Of a stretch of DNA of 64,000 bases, positions 43,078 through 51,027 are shown one piece after another. The translations under genes were made by a program, and so were the position numbers. The notes under the pieces were generated by a model that was not told the origin of the DNA, did no database searches, and worked only from the letters and a program-made list of their open reading frames with translations. The stretch is from Actinomycetales bacterium (GTDB lineage Bacteria > Actinomycetota > Actinomycetes > Actinomycetales > Microbacteriaceae), in contig JAGWTM010000001.1 in NCBI GenBank assembly GCA_028868975.1, positions 4,301 to 68,300 on the forward strand. The letters are read 5' to 3'. The stretch's first letter is position 1. Each line of letters opens with the position of its first letter.

Positions 43078-43860
43078 CTAGGCAACCTGGAACGAGCGTT
43101 TGGCTAGACCCATCCAATAGCCATCGATGACGGTCTCCGCCGGCTGCTCAGGGTCGCTCACAGCTCCGAGAGTCACAAACAACGGAGTGAAATGCTCAAC
43201 CGTCGGGTGAGCGTAGGGCATGCCGGGCGCAAGTTCTCGATAGCGAATCAGACTCTCGACATCACCACGATCTAGAGCTTCACCGGCCCACAAATCAAAT
43301 TCCTTCGACCAACCCGGAGCCGCCGCCTCGAACCGCCAATCGCGAATGAATGGCAGTCCGTGGGTCATGAAACCCGAACCAACAATGAGGATGCCTTGCT
43401 CGCGAAGCGGTCGCAACCGGCGGCCGAGCTCCAACAGTCGAACCGGGTCGTGAGTCGGCATGCTCAGCTGGACCACAGGGATGTCGGCGTCCGGATACAT
43501 GATCTTCATGGGGACCCAGGCGCCGTGGTCAAGACCTCTGGATTGATGCCGGTGCAGGGGCTCGTTGTCGGGCATCAGTTTCGAGACCAGGTCGCCCAGC
43601 CAAGCCGCATCTGGAGTCTCGTACTTCATGTTGTAGTACTTCGGAGCAAATCCGCCGAAGTCATAGATCAGGGGCGTCGCTGCATCGGTGGCGGTGATCG
43701 AGATCGGTGCGCTCTCCCAGTGCGCCGAAACAATCAGGATGCCTTTTGGCTTTGTGATGCTAGCCGACCAGTCGGTCAATTGCTGCATCCAAGTAGGGTC
43801 TTCAAAAAGTGGCGGAGCCCCGTGCGAGAGATATAGCGCAGGGAGCATTTCATCGTTCAT
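43078..43860 (-). CDS. class III extradiol ring-cleavage dioxygenase (LigB / YgiD / 4,5-DOPA dioxygenase-like)
   Basis: 260-aa ORF with N-terminal LPALYLSHGAP, SAHWE, and GSGFMTHGL motifs. Confidence 0.8.
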   Translation of the reverse strand: MNDEMLPALYLSHGAPPLFEDPTWMQQLTDWSASITKPKGILIVSAHWESAPISITATDAATPLIYDFGGFAPKYYNMKYETPDAAWLGDLVSKLMPDNEPLHRHQSRGLDHGAWVPMKIMYPDADIPVVQLSMPTHDPVRLLELGRRLRPLREQGILIVGSGFMTHGLPFIRDWRFEAAAPGWSKEFDLWAGEALDRGDVESLIRYRELAPGMPYAHPTVEHFTPLFVTLGAVSDPEQPAETVIDGYWMGLAKRSFQVA

Positions 43861-43928
43861 GAAATTTAGTAAAGCCCCTCTTGACTAAAATGTCAAGAAC
43901 TTGAAGATTTGGCTCTTGAATCCAGCGG

Positions 43929-44642
43929 TTACTGAGCCTTCAGCTCGAATTCGGCCAAGATAGCCTCGGTGTTTGATGAACCGGAGCGAGTTACACCGCA
44001 ATCCATGAAGTCACAGAGCTGATCGAGAGTTCGAACGCCACCGGAAGACTTAACCTTTAGGCGGTCCCCGACGGTTGCCTTCATGAGTCGCACGTTATGG
44101 ACCGTCGCACCTTCGGATGAGAATCCCGTCGAGGTCTTCACATAATCAGCGCCGGCCGCTTCGGTCAGCTCGCAAGCCTTCACGATGAGGTCATCGTTCA
44201 AGAAACTGGTCTCAAAAATCACCTTCACCGACGCGCTGCTGCCGTTTTCGGTAGCGGCGGCGTGGGAAGCCTCAACCACTGCTCTGATATCGCTTTCGAC
44301 CAGCTGGTAATCACCCGAAAGCAGCGCCGAAATGTTGATCACCATGTCGATTTCGGTAGCGCCATTGCGAACAGCTTCGGCAGCCTCAAAGGCCTTCGTT
44401 GCCGACGTGGTCGTGCCGTGAGGGAACCCGATCACGGTACAAACCGGAACGTTGCTGCCCGCGAGCAGCTTGGCAGCCAGGGGCACATCCATGGGGCGGA
44501 TGCAGTACGAAGCAACGTCGTACTTGAGGGCCACCGCTGCCCCGGCCTCAACGTCTGAGGTCTTGAAATCAGGCTTGAGGACGCTGTGGTCGATGGTTTT
44601 GGCGATTTGTTCTCGGGTGTATCCGCGGTAGGTCTTGCTCAT
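43929..44642 (-). CDS. deoC: deoxyribose-phosphate aldolase
   Basis: 237-aa ORF with IDHSVLKP, VIGFPHG, and the Schiff-base region DYVKTSTGF. Confidence 0.9.
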   Translation of the reverse strand: MSKTYRGYTREQIAKTIDHSVLKPDFKTSDVEAGAAVALKYDVASYCIRPMDVPLAAKLLAGSNVPVCTVIGFPHGTTTSATKAFEAAEAVRNGATEIDMVINISALLSGDYQLVESDIRAVVEASHAAATENGSSASVKVIFETSFLNDDLIVKACELTEAAGADYVKTSTGFSSEGATVHNVRLMKATVGDRLKVKSSGGVRTLDQLCDFMDCGVTRSGSSNTEAILAEFELKAQ

Positions 44643-44664
44643 ACCTTCAGTCTAAGTTTGTTCT

Positions 44665-44895
44665 GTGCGAATAACCGTTCAGGTCAAACCGGGAAGTAAA
44701 AAAGGTCCGCTGGTTGAGCCCCAACCCGATGGCAGCTTGGTGGTATTCATCAAGGAGCGCGCCGTGGATGGAGCCGCCAATGAGGGGCTAATTCGCGTCT
44801 TGGCTGACTATCTCAGCTGTCGAAAGAATCAGATTGAGATTGAATCGGGCTTCACCAGCCGCATTAAACGGGTGCTCGTACCGGACCAGGATTGA
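44665..44895 (+). CDS. DUF167 (YggU) family protein
   Basis: 76-aa ORF reading MRITVQVKPGSKKG...AVDGAANEGLIRVLADYL.... The start is GTG. Confidence 0.75.
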   Translation: MRITVQVKPGSKKGPLVEPQPDGSLVVFIKERAVDGAANEGLIRVLADYLSCRKNQIEIESGFTSRIKRVLVPDQD

Positions 44896-44896
44896 C

Positions 44897-45694
44897 CTAG
44901 CGTTTTGACTCGGCACCAGCCATCCGTTGGGCAACGTAAATCGGGATGACTGAGACTATGACCATCGCCACCGCAACCACGTTTACGACCGGAGCCTGAT
45001 TTGGTCGGAACATGTTGGTCAAAATCCAAATCGGAAGGGTTTGAGTGCCCGACCCCGCGGTGAAGGTCGTGACGATAATTTCGTCGAAACTTAGTCCGAA
45101 CGCCAGCAAACCACCGGCAAACAGTGCGGATCGCAGCTGCGGGAAGGTAACCAGCCTGAAAGTCGTCCAGAGACCGGCCCCCAAATCGGCCGAAGCCTCC
45201 TCGAGTGACCGGTTCATGCGAGCCATGCGAGCCATCACGTTGTTGTAGACCGTGACGATACAGAAAGTCGCATGGGCGATGATAACCGTAGCGGCGCTCA
45301 GCTGAACTCCCATGATCGTTCTGAAGGCGTTGTTGAGAGCGATACCGGTGACGATACCCGGCAGCGCAATCGGAAGCACAACCAAAAGGCTGACCGATTC
45401 GCGTCCGAAGAATTTGTATCTCGAGAGTGCGAGTGAAATCAGCGTTCCAAGCAGCAGCGCGATAGCGGTTGCGCAGCTCGCCACAAAGATGCTCAAACCG
45501 AGTGAAGCGAGCAAGCCTTGGCTGCCGACGGCTCGACCCCACCACTCGAGGGTGAAGCCAGCTGGTGGCCAAGCCATGTTCATCGAGGTGTTGAAAGAGT
45601 TAATGACCACGACGGCGATCGGGACATAGATAAAGGTCAACACCAGGAGCGAGATGGCACCCAGAGTCCAGCGAGCGGTGTTTGAAAGCCTCAT
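44897..45694 (-). CDS. ABC transporter permease (PotC/PotI-like)
   Basis: 265-aa ORF with 6 TM segments and the EAA loop region LEEASADLGAGLWTTFRLVTFP. Confidence 0.85.
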   Translation of the reverse strand: MRLSNTARWTLGAISLLVLTFIYVPIAVVVINSFNTSMNMAWPPAGFTLEWWGRAVGSQGLLASLGLSIFVASCATAIALLLGTLISLALSRYKFFGRESVSLLVVLPIALPGIVTGIALNNAFRTIMGVQLSAATVIIAHATFCIVTVYNNVMARMARMNRSLEEASADLGAGLWTTFRLVTFPQLRSALFAGGLLAFGLSFDEIIVTTFTAGSGTQTLPIWILTNMFRPNQAPVVNVVAVAMVIVSVIPIYVAQRMAGAESKR

Positions 45695-45696
45695 GG

Positions 45697-46617
45697 TTAC
45701 AGGTTCTCCAAGGCTCCGGTTTTACGAACAGCCGCGATGTAACCAAACATGATCACGATTGGTATGAGCGCGATAGCCGCTGCCATCGGCAGGTTGTTCG
45801 CAGTTCCAACGTTCGTGTAGACGAGATTGCCAAGCATTTGGCTAGCGCCGCCGACGATATTCACCGTGATGTAGTCACCGAGAGTCAGCGAAAAACTAAA
45901 TATCGAACCCGCAATTATCGCGGGAGTAAGCATCGGCAGCACAACCGTACGGAAGGTTGTGAAGGACTTCGCGCCGAGGTCGCTGGCGGCCTCGAGGAGC
46001 GAATTGGGCACACGCTCCAACCCGGCGTAGAGCGGCAAAATCACGTATGGCAGCCAGATGTAGCCCATGGTCAGTACCACACCGGTGAGACTGTAGCCGG
46101 GAGTGTCTAAGCCGAGCGGCCGAAGCAACCAAGCCAAAATTCCATCGTGCGAGAGAACTGAGCGCCAGGCGTACGCCTTGACCAGATATGACGCCCAAAG
46201 CGGCATAAGAACCGCGATCACCATGAGGCGCTGGATGCGACTGCTAGCCACCTTCGCCATGAAGAATGCAATCGGCAGAGCGATGATTAGGTCGACAACG
46301 GTGACCAGCAATGCAACACCCACTGTGCGCAAAGTCACAGTTTGATACAGCGATCCGGTGACCACATGGACGATGTTGTCGAACGTCCATTCCATCTTGA
46401 TGGCACCGGTGTAGTCATCGACCGTCCACAGCGCGGTAACCAGCAGGGCCGCAAGCGACGCAACATAAATGAGGACGAGCCAGGCTAGCGGTGCACTGAG
46501 CAGAAGCCCAAGTCGGGTCCGCGGCCGCGAGTAGAGCATGGTCGAGACCCGACGCGCAAAACTAGTGCGCGCGGATGCGCCGCCGGTCATGGCGTCGGGC
46601 CTCGAACTCATACTCAT
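45697..46617 (-). CDS. ABC transporter permease (PotB/PotH-like)
   Basis: 306-aa ORF with the EAA loop LLEAASDLGAKSFTTFRTVVLP. Confidence 0.85.
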   Translation of the reverse strand: MSMSSRPDAMTGGASARTSFARRVSTMLYSRPRTRLGLLLSAPLAWLVLIYVASLAALLVTALWTVDDYTGAIKMEWTFDNIVHVVTGSLYQTVTLRTVGVALLVTVVDLIIALPIAFFMAKVASSRIQRLMVIAVLMPLWASYLVKAYAWRSVLSHDGILAWLLRPLGLDTPGYSLTGVVLTMGYIWLPYVILPLYAGLERVPNSLLEAASDLGAKSFTTFRTVVLPMLTPAIIAGSIFSFSLTLGDYITVNIVGGASQMLGNLVYTNVGTANNLPMAAAIALIPIVIMFGYIAAVRKTGALENL

Positions 46618-46627
46618 TAGCTAACTG

Positions 46628-47800
46628 TTAGCCCTTGATCTCTTGCCAGGCTTCGGTCCAGCGGGCGTAGTCGGTGCACTGAACGTCCTTGCGACCGTCT
46701 AGGCACTTTGTGATTGGAGTGGTCCAGTACCAGATCTTCGCGGCGTAAGCCTCGTCACCAGCGTGGTAGCTCGCGCAAGTGTCCTTGCTTGCCATGAAGT
46801 CACACGCTGCCTGAGTTACAGGAGCCTCACCGAAGTACTCGGTTGCGGCCGCGTTGGCCTTCGGGCTGTCGATGTAGTTCAACCAGGCGTAAGCACAGTT
46901 AGGACTCTTGGCCGTTGAAGAAATCATCCACGAGTCTGACCAGCCGGTAGCACCCTCTGAAGGCAGGATTGCCTCAACGGTTGCCTTGGCCGACATCGAG
47001 TTGCGAATTACCTGCCAGGTGGTGCCCACCACGGTGTCGCCCGACTCAAATGCCGAGATCGACTTTAGGTAGTCACTCCAGTACTCACCGATGTTCTGTC
47101 GCTGAGCCTTGAGCAGGTCTACCGCCGCGGCAAGCTGAGTCTCATCCAGCGAATAAGGGTTCTTGATGCCCAGCTCTGGCTTGTGAACCATCAGATACAG
47201 CGCTGCATCGGCGATGTAAATCGGCGAGTCGTACGCGGTCACCTTGCCCTTGTATGCGCTTGCCTTGTCGAAAACGACATCCCATGAGGTAGGAGCCGGC
47301 TTGACGACCTTGGTGTTGTACATCAAAAGGTTTGCGCCGTAGCCGTGAGGCACACCGTAGGTCTTGCCATCGACGGTGTTCCACTCGCGGTTCTTCAAGA
47401 AGCTGTAGACGTTTGCGTAGTTAGGAATCAGATCGGTGTTTAGCGGCGCGACCTGACCACCGGCGATGAGGCGCAGCGTTGCGTCACCTGATGCTGCAAT
47501 CGCGTCGTAGTCACCGGTCTTGAACAGGCTCAAGGCCTCGTCCGAGGTGCCGTATGGCTTGAAAGTGACCTGGCAGCCGGTCTCTTCCTCGAATGGTGTG
47601 ACCCAGTCAACCTTTGGGTCATTGCTGCCGTCTTCTGCGTAACCTGGCCAACCGAGTAGCGAAAGAGTCTTCTCGTTTGCGCCGAGTTTGGTGGGCACAT
47701 CGGACGATGCGGTTGGCGTGGCTGCGGTGCCACAGGCGCTTAGGGTCAGCGCCACTGCCGTTGCAACGACCGACACCTTGAGTGCCGACATGAACTTCAT
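46628..47800 (-). CDS. ABC transporter substrate-binding lipoprotein (polyamine/PotD-PotF family)
   Basis: 390-aa ORF with a signal peptide and lipobox LTLSAC-G. A strong AAAGGAGAAG SD precedes the start. Confidence 0.8.
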   Translation of the reverse strand: MKFMSALKVSVVATAVALTLSACGTAATPTASSDVPTKLGANEKTLSLLGWPGYAEDGSNDPKVDWVTPFEEETGCQVTFKPYGTSDEALSLFKTGDYDAIAASGDATLRLIAGGQVAPLNTDLIPNYANVYSFLKNREWNTVDGKTYGVPHGYGANLLMYNTKVVKPAPTSWDVVFDKASAYKGKVTAYDSPIYIADAALYLMVHKPELGIKNPYSLDETQLAAAVDLLKAQRQNIGEYWSDYLKSISAFESGDTVVGTTWQVIRNSMSAKATVEAILPSEGATGWSDSWMISSTAKSPNCAYAWLNYIDSPKANAAATEYFGEAPVTQAACDFMASKDTCASYHAGDEAYAAKIWYWTTPITKCLDGRKDVQCTDYARWTEAWQEIKG

Positions 47801-47846
47801 TTCTTCTCCTTTGATTTTTGGCGAATGCCAAACCCTCTACTGCCCG

Positions 47847-48872
47847 CTAGTCGATGCGGACCAAATCCTGCTCTTCAAACCAAACCTTGACCGACTCGCC
47901 GCGCTGCCATCGCTGTTGTGAATCGTGTTCCAAGACACTAATTCTTTGACCGGCCTTGGTTTTCGTGTGGATGCGCACGGCGACTCCTAGGTAAACGCTC
48001 TCCTCAACCGTGCACTCGATGGCACGCGGAATACGCAAGTCACTCGGCGCCGAGCCCGTTGCCGCGGTAATTCGAAGTTTTTCCGGTCTGACGGATGCCT
48101 TCGAGTCGATACCGAGAATGGCTTTGGCTTCATCGGCTGAAAAGACATTCGAGGTGCCCACGAAGCGCGCAACAAATTCACTCACTGGTCGGTCGTAAAG
48201 CTCTTCGGGCGTACCGAGCTGTTCGATACGACCGTTGTTGAACACTGCCACGCGGTCGCTCAGAGTCAGGGCTTCTTCTTGGTCATGGGTCACGAAGATG
48301 AAAGTGATACCCAATTCGCGCTGCAGAGCCTTGAGTTCGATCTGCATTTGCTCGCGCAGTTTGAGGTCCAGAGCACCGAGTGGCTCATCCAACAGCAGCA
48401 CTTTTGGCTTGACCACGATGGCACGGGCAAGCGCAACGCGCTGACGTTGCCCGCCCGAGAGCTCATTCGGCTTGCGGCTTCCTAGATGGGCCAGCTGAAC
48501 CGTTTCTAAAGCGGCCAACGCCTGCTGTTCGCGTTCCTTCTTGCCAACTCCCCGAACCCGCAAGCCGTAAGCGACGTTTTCGAGAACTGTCATGTGAGGG
48601 AACAGCGCGTAATCCTGAAAAACGGTGTTCACATCGCGATCAAAAGGTGCCTTATCGGTTACGTCATCGGCGCCTAACTGGACCGTTCCGCTGGATGGAA
48701 GTTCAAAGCCGGCGATCATCCGCAACACGGTAGTTTTGCCCGAGCCGGAAGGGCCAAGCATCGAGAAAAATTCACCTTCGGCGATTTCCAGGTCAAGATT
48801 GTCAACCGCCACAAAGTCGCCAAAACGCTTCGTCAACTTTGAAAGTTTGATAGCGGAATCACCGGCAACCAT
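47847..48872 (-). CDS. ABC transporter ATP-binding protein (PotA-like)
   Basis: Walker A GPSGSGKTT, signature LSGGQRQRVALAR, LLLDEPLGALD, and a C-terminal TOBE-like domain. I chose the ATG at 48872 (GAGG SD); a GTG 4 codons upstream is possible. Confidence 0.9.
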   Translation of the reverse strand: MVAGDSAIKLSKLTKRFGDFVAVDNLDLEIAEGEFFSMLGPSGSGKTTVLRMIAGFELPSSGTVQLGADDVTDKAPFDRDVNTVFQDYALFPHMTVLENVAYGLRVRGVGKKEREQQALAALETVQLAHLGSRKPNELSGGQRQRVALARAIVVKPKVLLLDEPLGALDLKLREQMQIELKALQRELGITFIFVTHDQEEALTLSDRVAVFNNGRIEQLGTPEELYDRPVSEFVARFVGTSNVFSADEAKAILGIDSKASVRPEKLRITAATGSAPSDLRIPRAIECTVEESVYLGVAVRIHTKTKAGQRISVLEHDSQQRWQRGESVKVWFEEQDLVRID

Positions 48873-49000
48873 TACTGACCTCACTGTCTCAATAAGTCTT
48901 CAGTCTAAGCAGAAAAATCTTTTGGTTTCGAACGATATTCCCGCTTTGCGCCGAAGTTTATAAAGCCGAAATGTATGACAGTGGCGAAGGCCGCCGGGTA

Positions 49001-49030
49001 ATAAAAAACCCTCTCCGAGGAGAGGGTTTC
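49001..49030 (-). terminator. intrinsic terminator downstream of tRNA-Ala
   Basis: On the minus strand, AAACCCTCTC-ctcg-GAGAGGGTTT is followed by TTTAT, starting 6 nt after the tRNA 3' end. Confidence 0.7.
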
Positions 49031-49035
49031 AATCG

Positions 49036-49108
49036 TGGACCTGAGGGGACTTGAACCCCTGACCCCCTGCATGCCATGCAGGTGCGCTACCAGCTGCGCC
49101 ACAGGCCC
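49036..49108 (-). tRNA. tRNA-Ala (anticodon GGC)
   Basis: I folded this by hand. Acceptor stem GGGCCTG/CAGGTCC contains the G3:U70 alanine identity pair. The D-arm is GCGC-AGCTGGTA-GCGC and the anticodon stem CCTGC/GCAGG carries the loop AT-GGC-AT. The T-arm is AGGGG-TTCAAGT-CCCCT and the discriminator is A. CCA is not encoded. Confidence 0.9.
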
Positions 49109-49141
49109 GAATCGGTTTGTTGCCGAGGCAACCCCGATAGT

Positions 49142-49519
49142 TTATACGGTTTCGGGAACCTCAGGCAACTCCAGTTTCACAACCGGCTGATCCTTGTACA
49201 GGCGTTCGAGCGAGTAGTACACGCGCTCCTCCTCGTGCATGATGTGCACAATAACCTCACCAAAGTGAAGCAGAACCCAGCGACCAAGAGCCTTGCCCTC
49301 ACGAAGCAGCGTCTTCACTCCAGCCTCTGCCATTTTGGCCTCGACCTCATCCGCAATCGCATTTACCTGGCGTTCATTGCGCGCAGACGCCAAAATCAAC
49401 ACATCGTTCAGCGGAGTTAGTTCGGTGACATCCCAGGCGATGATGTTTTCGGCAAGCTTGTCTGCTGCTGCGTTGGCAGCGACATTTGCGAGCTTGATGG
49501 CGTTAGCGGTTGCGGTCAT
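49142..49519 (-). CDS. rsfS: ribosome silencing factor RsfS
   Basis: Motifs DKLAENIIAWDV, and FGEVIVHIMHEEERVYYSLERLY. I chose the ATG at 49519 (AAGGGA SD). It shows nadD-rsfS synteny. Confidence 0.85.
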   Translation of the reverse strand: MTATANAIKLANVAANAAADKLAENIIAWDVTELTPLNDVLILASARNERQVNAIADEVEAKMAEAGVKTLLREGKALGRWVLLHFGEVIVHIMHEEERVYYSLERLYKDQPVVKLELPEVPETV

Positions 49520-49548
49520 GGTTCCCTTTGATTGGCGACTAGCCAAGG

Positions 49549-50184
49549 TTACTTCAAGATGCCGAGCGACGCGGCGGCAATGAAGAGTCCTCCCACGATG
49601 ACAAGCAGAATCGCCGTCGTCAAAATCAGATAGAACTTCTTCGAACGCTTTCTTTTAGAGCTGCCGTTGGAAACCGCGCCATTCAAAATGGCTTCGAATT
49701 CACTGGCGACTTGGGCGGCTCTTGCCACAGCCTCGGCTCTCGCCAAATCATCTTGGCGCAGTGGCTCAGCCTGGCGAAGTGGCACGTCGTGAATTAGGGA
49801 TGCGCCCTGCTCGGCCGCTGGACCCTGCATCGGGACCACCGGGTTGGCCACCGTAATTGGTTCCTCGCGTTCGGCAACCACCAGATCAACGTCGGGAGCC
49901 GAGGCCGCTTCGGGCTCAGGCGACCAGGTTTCGCTGACGGTCGAAGTTTCAGGCGGAAGCTGCGGTAATTCAATCTGCGAGGTGTGAATAGCTAGCACTC
50001 CCCCAGTCTTTTCAAGTTCGCGCAATTGCCTGCGTGTCAGGGCCTCGCCGGTTGGCTCGATTGGCACCTCTGCTTTTTCAACCCTGGGAACAGCGTCAAA
50101 GGGCAGTTCGACCGGTTGAATTAGTCCCGCGCGCTCGGCCTCACGCAATTCGCGACGGCTCATGAATTTTGGTTCTTCGCTCAA
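49549..50184 (-). CDS. hypothetical tail-anchored membrane protein with duplicated RRxLRExE motif
   Basis: 211-aa ORF with a single C-terminal TM helix ([27 protein letters not shown]). The TTG start overlaps the nadD stop; an ATG 7 codons downstream is an alternative. I recognise no family. Confidence 0.5.
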   Translation of the reverse strand: MSEEPKFMSRRELREAERAGLIQPVELPFDAVPRVEKAEVPIEPTGEALTRRQLRELEKTGGVLAIHTSQIELPQLPPETSTVSETWSPEPEAASAPDVDLVVAEREEPITVANPVVPMQGPAAEQGASLIHDVPLRQAEPLRQDDLARAEAVARAAQVASEFEAILNGAVSNGSSKRKRSKKFYLILTTAILLVIVGGLFIAAASLGILK

Positions 50185-50780
50185 GCTGTCTCACCCCGAT
50201 AAAGGTCATACTTTGCGATGTACTGAACGATCCCGTCCGGAACCAGGTACCAAAGGGGCATCCCAGTTGCGGCGCGGTGACGAACGTCAGTTGAAGAAAT
50301 CGCGAGAGCCGGAATTTCAAGCACCTCAATTGCCCCCTGCGGAGCCGAAGGTAACTTCAATTCATGCCCTGGACGAGTAACGGCAACAAACGTTGCCAGC
50401 CCCCAAAGTTGATCGGCGTCTTTCCAACCCAGGATTTGCGTGATCGCATCCGCACCCGTAATGAAAAACAGTTCGTCTTCGGGGTGGGCTGCCGAGAGGT
50501 CTCGAAGCGTGTCGACCGTGTAGGTCGCGCTTGGGCGGTCAATGTCTACCCGGCTCACGGTGAAGCGAGGGTTAGACGCCGTTGCGATGACAGTCATCAG
50601 ATAACGATGTTCGCTGTTGCTGACTGTCTTCTTCTGCCAGGGCTGCCCGGTAGGCACAAAAATGACTTCGTCGAGCTTAAAGGCGGCAGCGACCTCACTC
50701 GCGGCAACGAGGTGACCGTTGTGAATGGGGTCGAATGTGCCACCCATGACGCCGATACGGCGTTTGGAGTGTTCGGTCAT
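50181..50780 (-). CDS. nadD: nicotinate-nucleotide adenylyltransferase
   Basis: 199-aa ORF with [14 protein letters not shown] and ISSTDVR motifs. Confidence 0.9.
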   Translation of the reverse strand: MTEHSKRRIGVMGGTFDPIHNGHLVAASEVAAAFKLDEVIFVPTGQPWQKKTVSNSEHRYLMTVIATASNPRFTVSRVDIDRPSATYTVDTLRDLSAAHPEDELFFITGADAITQILGWKDADQLWGLATFVAVTRPGHELKLPSAPQGAIEVLEIPALAISSTDVRHRAATGMPLWYLVPDGIVQYIAKYDLYRGETA

Positions 50781-50822
50781 TCGCTAACTTCCCCTAGCTA
50801 ACCTCGGGCTGCCGAGGCTTTT

Positions 50823-50996
50823 TTAGTGGTGCGAGCTTGAATCGCCCGACTTGTGGTCGTGGCGGTTTGCGACGTCACGGTATGACCAGGTGATAACACC
50901 GAGAAGAATGAAGGTACCCAGCGCGATGGCTCCAAACACAAAGGTTGGGAACGGGTAAGTGATGTGTGCTGCACCCTCAGCCAAAATACGTGACAT
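50823..50996 (-). CDS. unannotated small membrane protein (57 aa)
   Basis: Below the 60-aa cutoff of the ORF track. The sequence is MSRILAEGAAHITYPFPTFVFGAIALGTFILLGVITWSYRDVANRHDHKSGDSSSHH. An AGGAG SD lies 6 nt upstream of the ATG. It has one clear TM helix and fills an otherwise empty gap between proA and nadD. Confidence 0.5.
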   Translation of the reverse strand: MSRILAEGAAHITYPFPTFVFGAIALGTFILLGVITWSYRDVANRHDHKSGDSSSHH

Positions 50997-51027
50997 TTGA
51001 ACTCCTAAAGCTTGCCTCTAGATTAGC

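Noticed and set aside
44829-45572. 247-aa minus-strand ORF overlapping the ABC permease in another frame
   Set aside because: It is Arg/Gly/His-rich with no TM segments or motifs. The alternative frame (44897-45694) encodes a textbook 6-TM permease with an EAA loop.
48905-49102. 65-aa minus-strand ORF in the potA-rsfS spacer
   Set aside because: It runs straight through the tRNA-Ala gene and its terminator, and those RNA features fully explain the sequence.
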